Of a DNA stretch of 64,000 nt, positions 40,464 through 50,487 are shown one piece after another. Position numbers and translations under genes: made by a program. The notes beneath the pieces are model-generated. The model had not been told where the DNA came from. It did not search any database and saw nothing but the letters and a program-made list of their open reading frames with translations. The stretch's first letter is position 1. Every line of letters begins with the position of its first letter. Origin of the DNA: a virus (taxonomy: Duplodnaviria > Caudoviricetes); the IMG/VR virus record IMGVR_UViG_3300020577_012390, positions 1 to 64,000 of that record. One strand, written 5' to 3'.

Positions 40464-41640
40464 TCTATCTCCGGCCTTATGGGAAGGTCGATACTTTTCT
40501 CGGGAAAATGGCTCTGGGTTGAAGAGGGGTCCCCCCGTCCGATCACCCGCTTTTAGCGGAAAGTCAAAACCCGAATTACCTACATCCGGGGAGGGAGGGG
40601 GCGGGTTGTCCTACCTGGTAGGATAAGGTGCGAGTTTCTGCCCGGGTAACCCTCTCCCTGGTAGAGGGGCGGGGGCGTTATCCGGATAGCGTTTATCAGA
40701 TAGCGAATAACGTTATCCGGATAGCGGGTTTCCTATCCGGATTGACTATCAGGATAAACGTTTATCAATCGTTGATAAACATTACAAGAACCCACCTTGT
40801 CCTACAGGGTGCGAGTTTCTACTTGGTACCCCGGCGAGGGGGGTGTGGACCCTTGACCAGGTAAAGGTGTCTCGTGTGACCCTACCAGGGACCTCCGGGG
40901 AAGGGTCAACCCCCAGAACCGTTATTAGCGGGGCGTAAAACGGTACAGAACTCGTTTTAGGGGTCGGATGGGGGGTAGGGTGCGGAACGGTCCCGCGAAG
41001 CGTTTTAGGGTCGGTTATATTCGATTACCGAGAATCCATCCCACACTATCCTACCTAAAATTAGAAAGTTTCTAAAACCTATTGCGAGACGTGTCCGGGG
41101 GGTTTAGGTTCTGGTCTACCGAAGTTCAAGCGATTGAATAACGGTACTTGATCCTTCTCAACTAGACGCGGTTTCCACCCTTCGGGGTGGCGCGTCTCAT
41201 ACTGCGACCGGGGTAAGACCGAAACGGACACCACCCCAACCCAGAAACGTAACTGAACGGTACCCCCTTTCACTAGGGGGGCGAGTAAGTAACCAGGTAC
41301 GACCACGCGCGAAACCTGATACTGGGGAATCTCCTATCAAGAGTAGGTTATCGGATATGAGAGTCCGATAAACGAAAGAAAAGATAGGCGCGGTTTGATC
41401 ATTGACAACTAAAACGGAAGTAACGGGGTCTAATCTCAATTACCCCAGAGTGTTCCCCTCTATGAGGGCGTCACACGATAGGAATCACCCTATCAGGGAC
41501 ACACTTCCACCCCACCCATCGGGGTCAGCAGAAGACTAGAGCGGACAGATGGGGGTACCGGGTAAGACCCGGCCAAGCGTAAACGGTAGAGTCTCCTGTT
41601 AGGGGTGCGAAACCACCCCCTGACGTAACGGAGATTCAAA
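40464..41640. other. About 1.2 kb non-coding, lower-GC region rich in palindromes; candidate origin or genome terminus
   Basis: No credible ORF; TATCCGGATA at 40679 and 40714; GTTTATCAA-TCG-TTGATAAAC at 40760-40780; CCTACC-T-GGTAGG at about 40610-40622. Confidence 0.6.
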
Positions 41641-41958
41641 ATGGCTAAAAACAAGATTGTTTGTACCTGCGGCGGTTGGGAAAACAGCAAGGAACACACG
41701 GATTCCTGCCCGATTCGATACGTGACGATGTCCCCCTGGGAGATCGCTCGCGTCATCAAGGCGGACTGGAAAAAGCCGTACTTCGGTGCGGTTCCTTACA
41801 TCGAGGCGCTCGCGGCGATCAACGAGTGGGGCGACGCATACCTGTGCGAAACCTCGAACGACATCGCCATCGGGTTCCTCTCAAACGCCGCCACCTGGCG
41901 CGGTCCGGTCGCGAAAGCGGCCAAGATTGTGCTCGACGGGATTGTGGTGGCGTGGTGA
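41641..41958 (+). CDS. Putative early protein
   Basis: GTAACGGAGATT leader; KKPYFGAVPYIEAL...GFLSNAATWRG is a pattern common in small phage early proteins. Confidence 0.6.
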   Translation: MAKNKIVCTCGGWENSKEHTDSCPIRYVTMSPWEIARVIKADWKKPYFGAVPYIEALAAINEWGDAYLCETSNDIAIGFLSNAATWRGPVAKAAKIVLDGIVVAW

Positions 41959-42254
41959 AGCGGCACCCCCTCCTGTCCTATGCGTGTTCGGTCCTCGACT
42001 GCCCCGGAATCTCCGATTCCGATGGCGGTTACTGCGACCGCCATGTCGTCCGGAAGACCCGCAAGGTCTGTGTCCGGATGATCGTCCAGTTCGCCAACGG
42101 CGACGAGGTCTTCTTCCTCGCGCCGACGACCACGAAGACCTCCAAGGTCCTCGGGATCGCTCGGGGGATGAACCCCCTGAGTCGGCTTGAGAGTATCGCG
42201 ACCGATGGTTCCTGTGTGAACGTCGACATCGCTGACTTCAGAATCAAAAAGTTA
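41955..42254 (+). CDS. Putative early protein with Cys/His motif; ends at TTA
   Basis: GTGA-coupled; CSVLDCP...YCDRH; TTA 42252-42254. Confidence 0.55.
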
Positions 42255-42324
42255 GAAAACCCTTCGCACCCCTACCAGGGGACTCTACCGTAACCCAGGA
42301 TGCAGCGAAGTTACGGAGATTCAA

Positions 42325-43737
42325 ATGCCCAAGAACAAGAAGAACAACGGCTCCAAGAACGTCAACACCTCCAACAAGGTCGCGACCCCGGCCACCACGG
42401 AGACCCTCAAGGTCCCCCAGGTGATCCAGCCGGACGCGGGAAAGGAGGTGACGACGGAGAAGGCGCCGGAAGTGGTGGCGGTCCCTGCGGACCCGCCCAA
42501 GGCGGAGGTCGTCGCTGACCTGACTGCAACCTGGGTGGTGGATCTGAAGGCGTCGACTCTGAAGCCCGAGGACCTGGTGGCCGATAAGGAATATGTGATC
42601 GTGAAATGCGTTCACCTGTCCCCTCCCGGCCATTTCCCGGATATCGACCGGGACCTCTACACGGACGCGCCCGTCAAGGCGAAGTTCCTCCGCTGGGAGG
42701 AACTCTACATGGCGGGTACGGTGGGTATGACGCTCGACGGTGCGACCGAAGAGCAGAAGAAGACCATCGAGTCCGCGTACTCGAAGAGCCAGGTCGCGGT
42801 CTTCAACGATGGGAGGGCGGGTTACGCCATCCCGGCGTACGCGACCGTCCCTGCGTGCGACATCTCACTGCTCGTGTACCCCAACAACGAAGAGGGTCAC
42901 AAGCTCGCGTTCGACGCGGCGACCTTCTTCTCGGCGCGCAGCTTTTCCCTGGGTTGGACTGAGGAAATCAGCAACCTGAAACGCGAGATGTTGTTGTCCT
43001 CGGCCAACGTCCCCGAGATGACCGCGTGGTTGGGTAACCAGCCGATCTCGGTCCTCCGGAAGGCGTGTTCGGTCTGGGGCGGCAAGGTCAAGGAGGTCTT
43101 CAAGGAGGGGGTGACGAAAGAAGCCGCCCTCCCCATCGTTCTCGCTCTCCGGAACGAGATCACGAAGGACCCGAAGAAGGTGGAAGCCCTCGCTAAGAGG
43201 TACACCGAGACTAGGGCGGCCTGGGAGGCGTCGCGGAAGGCGTTCGATCAGCACCAGGTCGTTGCGATCTGGCGCGAGCGGGCGAAAGCCGCGGGGCGGA
43301 ACCTCAACCTCGCCAAGATGGAGGAAGAGGTCCGGATCGATGCGGTGAAAGCTGCCTCGGTCAAACTCGCGAAAGCGGCGGCGAAAACGCCCAAAGAGAC
43401 CGCGGTGAAAACCAACGGTCTGAACATCACGAACTTGCCCTCGGGCGAGGTTGCGGTGTCGGTCAAGGGCGGGAAGCTGACCATCGACCAGATGAAGGCG
43501 ATGATCCAAGCAGCGGACGCGAAGGTCGCGGCGGACAAGGCCAAGGAAGACGAGGCGAAGCGCGTCGCGGAGGCTGAGAAAGCGGCGGCGGAAGTCGCTC
43601 GGGTTGCGAAGGAGAAGGAAATCGAGGCGGCCAAAAACCCCGCGGTTCCCCCCGTCCTCGTGACCGACAACAGCCCGAAGAATGGGTCCACCACCCAGGC
43701 GAAGCCGAAGGTCAAGAACAAGACCGCGGCGAAGTTA
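42325..43737 (+). CDS. Large putative early protein, coiled-coil K/A/E-rich C-terminus; ends at TTA
   Basis: GTTACGGAGATT leader; TTA 43735-43737 followed by a long hairpin. Confidence 0.65.
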
Positions 43738-43832
43738 GCTAGGGTTCGGGGCGGCGAGGGTCGGATTCGACATCCGGCCTTCGCTTCCCCCCACCCCTGC
43801 GGTTCCAACGACGACGTAACGGAGATTGAAGC

Positions 43833-44153
43833 ATGGAAAACCTGATGAAAGTGTTCGCGTTCTGGCCGTCCAAGGCGTTCCCCGATGGGCCCGGTTGGAC
43901 GTACATCCCCGACCTCTTCACGGAGGCCGACTGTCAGAAGTTCGAGGCGGAGGGGTGGCCGGAAGAGACGTGTGGGTGCGTGTGGTGGGCGGGCGATCTG
44001 GACGAATTGGACGCCTACATTTCCGATAGCGGCGACCCTGAAGCTATCGAGATGTGGTCGTGGGTCCAATACGACATGGGGCGCGGTCCTGCACCTGCGC
44101 GGTGGGACGAAAACGCTCACTATCGCGCGTGTGAGGCGGTTTACAATGGCTGA
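43833..44153 (+). CDS. Putative early protein
   Basis: GTAACGGAGATT leader. Confidence 0.6.
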   Translation: MENLMKVFAFWPSKAFPDGPGWTYIPDLFTEADCQKFEAEGWPEETCGCVWWAGDLDELDAYISDSGDPEAIEMWSWVQYDMGRGPAPARWDENAHYRACEAVYNG

Positions 44154-44355
44154 AAAACCTCACTTTACGGTGAAGGTCAAGGTGAGGGGGCTCACGGGAT
44201 GGGGGGTCTATAGCGGACCCCATACCAGGGAGACCGCGGATAGGGTGGCGCGGCGTTTGCGTGCGAGGGGTTGGTATGGTGCGGTTAGGGTGATCGATGA
44301 TAATGAATGGTTGAAAAGCCTTTCGTTCTACATCGCGAGCGGAAAGCGTAAGTAG
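44146..44355 (+). CDS. Small basic protein
   Basis: GAGG RBS; ends before a terminator. Confidence 0.5.
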   Translation: MAEKPHFTVKVKVRGLTGWGVYSGPHTRETADRVARRLRARGWYGAVRVIDDNEWLKSLSFYIASGKRK

Positions 44356-44357
44356 CT

Positions 44358-44411
44358 CCCGGTGGTGGCGGTTGGGGTACCCCCTGACCCCACCCCGGGG
44401 GTTATTTTTTT
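44358..44411 (+). terminator. Rho-independent terminator
   Basis: Long interrupted GC hairpin centred on GGGG-TAC-CCCC followed by TTATTTTTTT. Confidence 0.6.
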
Positions 44412-44583
44412 GTCTGCTGTCCGGGGCGTGGGGAGTAACACCTACTGCGCTCAGATTTTCCCTGTGCCTTATGTGCCTCTTTTTGTCGATTTTGTGCCTC
44501 TGAAAAACGGCGGGACTCTTGCCCTCGCGCGCGGTGCCATATACGCATCTATTATCGAAGTTGTAGCTCTGATAAACGTGTGA

Positions 44584-44781
44584 TACCCGTGCAAGACCTA
44601 CGACATCCACTTCGAGCCGGTGTACGCGGGGCCCAAGGCGAGCGAGGAGGACAAGGCTTACTGGGAGGCGACCCCGGCGGGGGAGTTCCGGCTGGGGCAG
44701 GTCAAGGAGTCGGTGGCTGCTCTCTACGAGACGGGGGCGTGCTACTACATCGAGACGTCCCCCGTCCCGGCGTCAGCCTTA
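44584..44781 (+). pseudogene. N-terminally truncated fragment of a small phage hypothetical protein
   Basis: Coding-like frame YPCKTYDIHFEPVYAGPKASEEDKAYWEATPAGEF...GACYYIETSP with in-frame TGA immediately upstream and no usable start; ends at TTA 44779-44781. Confidence 0.4.
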
Positions 44782-44784
44782 CCG

Positions 44785-45339
44785 TAATTCGAGACCTGGA
44801 ATCAGGGTGAACCTGCCGGTGGGGAGACGGTCCAGGTTCCCGCCGACCACCTCCCCGGTCTCGTGGGACATGCCGTTGGAGGAGAAGACGACGGCGGTGA
44901 TGAGGGGGCCATCGGGACCTTGGAAGGCGTCCTGGGTGACGAGGCCGGGGTAACAACAGGAGGCGCCCACGCGGTCCCTGGTCCACCAGAGGACTCGGGC
45001 ACCCTTCTGGAGCTTGTCCGTATGGGGGTGCGGAAACGAGGCCAGGACCTCGCGGGGAGGGACGGGGGGCGGCTTGGCCACCTCGGAGACGGTGATCGGG
45101 GGCGTAGGGGCCGGCTGCGGGGCGTGGGAGGTGGCTTCCATGACGGTGGCGAGGACGCGGAGGGCTATGGCGTTCCAGACGGGGTCGGAACGGAGGATGG
45201 CCTCGGGGTTGTGGTCGTAGGGGGCGAAGAGGGCCCAGAGGGGGTGGCCGGCGTAGGACTCTGCGACCGCGGCGGAGACGATGGCCAGGGCGACCGTGTG
45301 AATGGTCGCGTCCGGGTGGAGGGCTGGCTTGGTGGTCAT
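44785..45339 (-). CDS. Hypothetical protein; ends at TTA
   Basis: GGAG RBS; minus-strand TTA at 44787-44785. Confidence 0.55.
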
Positions 45340-45356
45340 AGCGTTTATCAGGCTCC

Positions 45357-46004
45357 TAAATTCTTGGTCTTGTCGGGGGCGACCCAGGGCCCCTGAATGA
45401 TCTCGCCGCCGGGGGCGGGCGGGACCGCGGGGGGAGGAGTGCCGTTCTTGGCGACGGCGTCTGCGGCGATCTGGAAGAGCCCACGGATAGCGCCGAGGAC
45501 TTCCGGGGGGACGACGTTCTGAAGTTCCCGCTGCATCTCGGGCCACTCGTCGAGGGCGATGATGTTGTCGTGGCTCATGTCGTTCTCGTAGACGAAGGCG
45601 ACGCTCTCCAGGGCGATAGTGTTTATGCCGCCGTTCAAATTCCCATACGGAAGGGTGATCGCCTCCGTGATGGGGCTGAAACGGTGGACCCGGAGGGAGA
45701 CCCTGGGGGTGCCCACCGCGTCGGGGGCGTAGAGGGCGGGGATGTAGAGCACGATCTCGGTGGGGACCGGGTAGAACGCGATCTGATCGAGGCTCTTCCT
45801 CCCGGCGGCCTCGGACTCCGGGGTGTTGGGGACGATGGCGCGGGTCAGGACACAGGCCAGCCCCTTGATGCCGATGGTCGTGTGGAAGGAGTGGCACGGG
45901 ACGAGTTCGAGGTTCCCGCGGGTCATGGGGCCGTTATCGTTTATCAGCTTCCGATAAACCATGAAGCGGAAGGCGGGGTACCCGATGAGCTGGCTCTGTT
46001 CCAT
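45357..46004 (-). CDS. Hypothetical protein; ends at TTA
   Basis: TTATG-coupled start; TTA 45359-45357 followed by GGAG RBS of the next gene. Confidence 0.6.
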
Positions 46005-46636
46005 AACCGCTTCCCCGGGTGGGTGGACGCGACTCCGGTGCTCGACTTGTAGAGCTGGGTGGACCGGATGAGGACCTCCAGCCAAGCCGACTTGTCCATC
46101 TTACCGAATTTCCCGGCCTCGATTTTCATCAAGGTTTCGTCGGCCCCTTCGGGGATCTGAATGTGGTACATGGCGTCGTTGTCCAGCCACTCTTCAGCCA
46201 CCTCGACCTGGGCGTAGGGGATGGCCCAGGACTCGGTGGTGTGCTGGTCGTTGGCGGTGTCGAGGAGATCCAGGGGGAAGAGGAGGATCTGCTCGGGCTC
46301 GTCGAACCCCAAGCACTTCGTCCAGTAAGTGAACTTGCGAATAACCAGACTCGGGCGCTGGCCGGTCCACCCGGCGTAGGTGTAGACCCGGATCTTCTGG
46401 CAGCTCTCCAGGACCTTGCGCAGGGCCTTCTCCCTCGTCTCTGGGGTGCAGCACTGGTCCCCCATGGCGTTCATCCCCACGTACTGCTGGCTCGTGAGCT
46501 TCAGGTACCGGCGGTTCCCGAACCAGATGGCCTCCAGGCGGTTGACTCCGAGGTCGGTCGTGGTCCCCGCGCCATCGTCAGCGACGATCTGGAAACGGAA
46601 CGTCGAAAATCCGGCTTTCATTTCTGCGATCTTCAC
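46004..46636 (-). CDS. Hypothetical protein; ends at TTA
   Basis: TTA 46006-46004 overlaps next ATG. Confidence 0.6.
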
Positions 46637-46650
46637 GGCTTCTCTCCTTG

Positions 46651-47337
46651 TCAGCAGCGGCGGTCACAGAAGATCCGGAGGCGATCCTCGTTGCCGCGGA
46701 AACGGTTCACGTCCACGTCCCCGACGATGCCGGGGACCTTCCCCGTCCTCGAAAACTGCCAGAAGTCCCACCCCTCGGGTTGAGACATCGGGCGCTTCCA
46801 CGCGGCGGGGAGCAGCGGGGAAGGTTCCTGCGTGTGATGGGCGACCCAGAGCGGGCACTCGTCGAAGGACCGGCTCTTGACGTAGGTGTCCCAGGTGCCG
46901 ACGTTCGTGTAAATGATCGGCGGAATTCCGATAGCCCCCCGAATGATCGACACCCACTCGTAGATTTTGGCCACCATCTCGACGGGGGTGAGCATCGTGC
47001 GGGAGTCTTCGTACTTCTCGACGTCGAGCACCGGAGGGAGGGTGCGACCATCGGCGGAGGAGGCGGGGTCCCCGATGGCTTCGAGGACCATCCGGGCCTG
47101 GGCGGCGACGTCCTGGTGAACGTCGAAGTATTGGTAAATGCCGGTGGTGAATTTCGGGTCCGCTGCCCTGGCGTTGATCCAGTTCTCCTCGAAGAGCTTG
47201 TCCCTCCTTAGCCCATCGGAGATCCGGATGAAGGCGAACTTGATTTCGCCGCCCGAAATTACCCGTTTCCAGTCGATGATCCGCTGCCAGACCGAAACGT
47301 CGATGCCCTTGACGAAGTCGTTGCTCATACCGGACAT
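46651..47337 (-). CDS. GH25 muramidase (endolysin)
   Basis: GIDVSVWQ, FAFIRISDG, GIYQYF, LPPVLDVE (DxE), IIYT, PLWVAHH, WQFSRTGKVPGIVGDVDVN. Confidence 0.9.
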   Translation of the reverse strand: MSGMSNDFVKGIDVSVWQRIIDWKRVISGGEIKFAFIRISDGLRRDKLFEENWINARAADPKFTTGIYQYFDVHQDVAAQARMVLEAIGDPASSADGRTLPPVLDVEKYEDSRTMLTPVEMVAKIYEWVSIIRGAIGIPPIIYTNVGTWDTYVKSRSFDECPLWVAHHTQEPSPLLPAAWKRPMSQPEGWDFWQFSRTGKVPGIVGDVDVNRFRGNEDRLRIFCDRRC

Positions 47338-47373
47338 CGTACCACCCCATCCCTTCAGCTCCCCAGCGGGGGG

Positions 47374-47799
47374 TAAGCGGCCGCTCTTCTTCGCGCGGTC
47401 CCTCTCGGTCTTCCCCGGGTGCCTCGGAGGACCACCTCGACCCCCACCCTGAGCCAGGCTTGCGCGGCGTTCGTCCATCGCGGCGCGGGTCTCCAGCCAT
47501 TCGGCCTGATCAGCGCGACCTGCGGCGACGACCCACTCCTTCGCCTCGGTCAACATCTCGATGGCCATGTCGAGGGTTTCGGAGTTCATCTCCGCGGGGA
47601 TGTTGCCCTGGAACTTCACCTCGATGAAGCTGGAAATATCTCCGGTGACTTTCTTGTAACCCATCCGGAAGCTGTACTTCCGGCGAGAGGGGAGTTCGAG
47701 ACGCTGGACCGTCACCACCAGCTCGCCCCTCTCTACCCGATGGACCTCCTCCCAGTTCAGCCGGGGTTTACCATCAGGGGTCATGTTATTTGTCGACAT
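47374..47799 (-). CDS. Hypothetical protein; ends at TTA (fused to GH25 under the standard code)
   Basis: TTA 47376-47374, then a 36 nt spacer and the lysin ATG in the same frame. Confidence 0.6.
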
Positions 47800-47909
47800 C
47801 GCTTCTTTCTCCGTTTCTGTTTATCGAAACGCCGATAAACTCAAGCCATCCTAACATCGGTTTTACGGACCGTCAAAAGTTGCCATATTCCCCGCACAAA
47901 ACCGTACTT

Positions 47910-47938
47910 TTGACTTTCCCTTTTTCTTCATATACAAT
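47910..47938 (+). promoter_or_regulatory. Sigma70-like promoter in the divergent control region
   Basis: TTGACT-17-TACAAT; inverted repeat GTTTATCG-N6-CGATAAAC at 47819-47840 just upstream. Confidence 0.7.
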
Positions 47939-48092
47939 AAGGGCGGGTTGGTTGGGAGCAAGGAAGAGAAGAGAGTTCGTCTTCGACGAAGAAAGGCCCT
48001 TCGGGCCTTGCTCACCAAATAGAAGAAGAGAATTTCAGAGAGAGAAGAGACGCGCCCGCGTGGGTGCGCCTGCACGCGCGAGGATACGGATT

Positions 48093-48413
48093 ATGGAAAA
48101 GCCTAAATACAACATCGAGGGCCTACTCCCCCTTCATCCCCCGCACGGGGACCCAAACACGAAGAAGGTCTGGTGGTACATGCACCGGGAAAACCCCTCG
48201 GTCGAAGGGTTGATCCTCGCCTCCACGGCGTATTGGGCGAAGTGCGGGGCGTCGAGGCTGTCTTCTGGCGTTTATGAACCTGGTCAATTCGAGGTTCAGG
48301 AAGCCAAGGAGGACGTCATCTCTCGTCTGTATGCTCGGTCCCGGGTCGTTGACGAAACCCCGGCGATGGTGGATAATAAGACTCCGAAAAACGGAAAGAA
48401 GGGCAGGAAGTTA
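48093..48413 (+). CDS. Hypothetical protein; ends at TTA
   Basis: TTA 48411-48413 overlaps next ATG. Confidence 0.55.
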
Positions 48414-48784
48414 TGGCACGTTTCACGGTATGGGTTTTGTTCGCGCCAAATGCGGAGATGTTCCCGAAGCTGCGGGTGTTCGTCCCCCCGGACTACGACA
48501 TGCGGGCCCCGGCGGTCTCTGATGCGTTCCCCCGGGTGAAGCCCGGGACGGACGCGGACGTCATGGGGAGGGTCTGCGCGAACATTGCTCGGGAGTTCTT
48601 CAAGGGCGAGTGCGAGGTCCGGCTGGCCGTCTTCCACGAACCCCCGGAGGACCCTGGAGAGCTGGCCCAGATCCCCGAGGCGGATCGGATGGGCTGGTGG
48701 TGGGACATGGAGGCGGATCGGCGGGCGGTTTTGCCGCCCTGGATCAACGATGACCTGACCGGGGCCGTCATCCCGGTACGTTTA
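48413..48784 (+). CDS. Hypothetical protein; ends at TTA
   Basis: TTA 48782-48784, then a GTTACGGAGA leader. Confidence 0.55.
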
Positions 48785-48815
48785 TCAGGGCCCGAAGAAC
48801 GTTACGGAGAACAGC

Positions 48816-49343
48816 ATGAACCTCGTGATCCTGGACGATGACCCGCGGAAAGCAGCCTCGTATTTCTGTGATTCCCACCTGTACTCGCAAATCCCGGCGG
48901 TCGTCCGGGTGATGAGGAGCGCCCTTTCCGTAATGGAGGTGGGCATAAACGTTACCTTCCACGACCCCGGACAGATCACCAACCCGCCGGATCGGGAACC
49001 CGACCCCACCCACCCCTGGGCGGTATGGGCGGCTGCTACGAGGGAGAACTACCTCTGGCTGGCGGACTACTCGGAAGGGCTCATTGACGAGTATTTCAAG
49101 CGGGTCAAAAACCGCCATTGTGATGATATGGCGGTCAAGGTCCTGGTGAAGATGAGCCACCACTTCCCCGAGGGGAAGCTCCAGGAGTTCTGTCAGGAGC
49201 CTCTTCCGATGGAATTCAGGCGGAAGAATGACGCTATCAAGGCGTATCGCGACTGGTACGCGAACAAGGCCAGCCACCTCCCCACCCCCTTCTGGCCGGG
49301 GAGCGGTCAACCCCCGGGGTGGTACTTCGACCACCAGCACTGA
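48816..49343 (+). CDS. Pyrimidine-dimer DNA glycosylase (T4 endonuclease V)-like protein
   Basis: MNLVILDDDPRKAASYFCDSH...HPWAVWA...NYLWL...EY..R...H pattern. Confidence 0.65.
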   Translation: MNLVILDDDPRKAASYFCDSHLYSQIPAVVRVMRSALSVMEVGINVTFHDPGQITNPPDREPDPTHPWAVWAAATRENYLWLADYSEGLIDEYFKRVKNRHCDDMAVKVLVKMSHHFPEGKLQEFCQEPLPMEFRRKNDAIKAYRDWYANKASHLPTPFWPGSGQPPGWYFDHQH

Positions 49344-49403
49344 TTCGACAGGGGGGAGTGCGGCATGGTAGGACGTAAACTCCAAGGAAAAGGAGTTCCT
49401 GCC

Positions 49404-49760
49404 ATGTCAGATTTCACGGTGGAAGAGGTTGCGGCTGAGATCGAGGCGCTGTGCTTCGAGATGTCGGATTTTCTGAAAGAGAAAAACGCTGGATACGGGA
49501 ACTCGGTCTTCGATCCCGTGGCCGTTTTCTCGACCGCGACGGCGGTGGACCGCATCAAGGTCCGGATCGACGACAAGCTGAGCCGGATCAAGCGGGGGAA
49601 GGGCCCAGACGACCTCTCCAGCGAGGACACGAAGAAGGACCTCGCCGGCTACCTGATCCTCTGGTCGGTCTTCGACCGTCTGGAGGCTCGCAAGGCGGCG
49701 ATGGAAGACGAGGAGGTCCGGAAGGCCGAGTCGGTGGTCGCTGCGAAGAAGAAGCGTTTA
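49404..49760 (+). CDS. DUF1599/nucleotide-modification-associated domain protein; ends at TTA
   Basis: EKNAGYGNS...VRIDDKLSRI...EDT..DLAGYLIL; TTA 49758-49760 followed by GGGGAG RBS. Confidence 0.7.
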
Positions 49761-49777
49761 GGGGAGCCTGAAAAACC

Positions 49778-50185
49778 ATGCGCGAAGCTACCTGGGAAGC
49801 GATCCGGAAGCTGGCGAGGGAGGGGAAGGTCCCCGTCATCGAGATCAAGGAAGCCGAGCGCGTGGTGACCCCGCCGCGCAAGCGCGGGCGACCTCGTGTG
49901 GTGGGACCCAAGGGGGAAGTTTACCACTACAAGATGCACACCCCGAACGGTCAACCCATGCAATGCAGGGCGTTTGGGTGCAATTATAAATTCAGGAAGG
50001 ATGAAATCGGTATCGTATGCAGCAACCCGAGCTGCAAGGCGATGTTGATCGAGTATTGCCAGGCCGTTCTGGACGTTTTCTCGGGGAAGATGTCCGCCCT
50101 GGACTTCCCGATGGCGTTCAGGTCTCGCCATGGTAAGAGGATGGCGTCAGGGAAACCGAAACCTCCGCCGAAGAAAAAGAAATGA
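49778..50185 (+). CDS. Basic protein with AT-hook-like KRGRPR and Cys motif
   Basis: CRAFGC...CSNPSC. Confidence 0.55.
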   Translation: MREATWEAIRKLAREGKVPVIEIKEAERVVTPPRKRGRPRVVGPKGEVYHYKMHTPNGQPMQCRAFGCNYKFRKDEIGIVCSNPSCKAMLIEYCQAVLDVFSGKMSALDFPMAFRSRHGKRMASGKPKPPPKKKK

Positions 50186-50487
50186 AACTCGGTGATTTCG
50201 TTGCAAGGCTTACGAAGACGGTGGGGATCGAACCCTGCGATGCCTGCAAGAAACGACAGGAGACGCTAAATGAACTCGGGCGAAAACTCTCAGAAGCCTT
50301 TGGAGGGGGAAGTGGTGCCGGAGTACCGGACCAGGGAGGAGATGGAGTCGCACGCTCCGGAGGGTCCCCGGGCGTTCATGGCCCGCCAGGAGGCGGAGTA
50401 CGAGGAGATGATGCGCCAGCAGATGAAGGACCACGAAGCCCAAGTGACGGGTCAGACGGAGGCTTCGTTTATCCGATTCGCGAATAA
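50182..50487 (+). CDS. Small hypothetical protein (CxxC)
   Basis: ATGA-coupled; PCDACKKR; tail overlaps next ORF. Confidence 0.4.
   Translation: MKLGDFVARLTKTVGIEPCDACKKRQETLNELGRKLSEAFGGGSGAGVPDQGGDGVARSGGSPGVHGPPGGGVRGDDAPADEGPRSPSDGSDGGFVYPIRE

Noticed and set aside
28941-40780. CRISPR array (tandem repeat at 28941; palindrome cluster at 40.7 kb) and Cas4-like gene at 19561
   Set aside because: No repeat-spacer periodicity; stand-alone Cas4-like nucleases are common in phage replication modules
43748-43793. tmRNA or tRNA gene (GGGGC...GGATTCGAC resembles the tmRNA 5' end)
   Set aside because: Folds as one local hairpin; no D or anticodon arm, no tag ORF, no distant 3' tRNA-like half recognised
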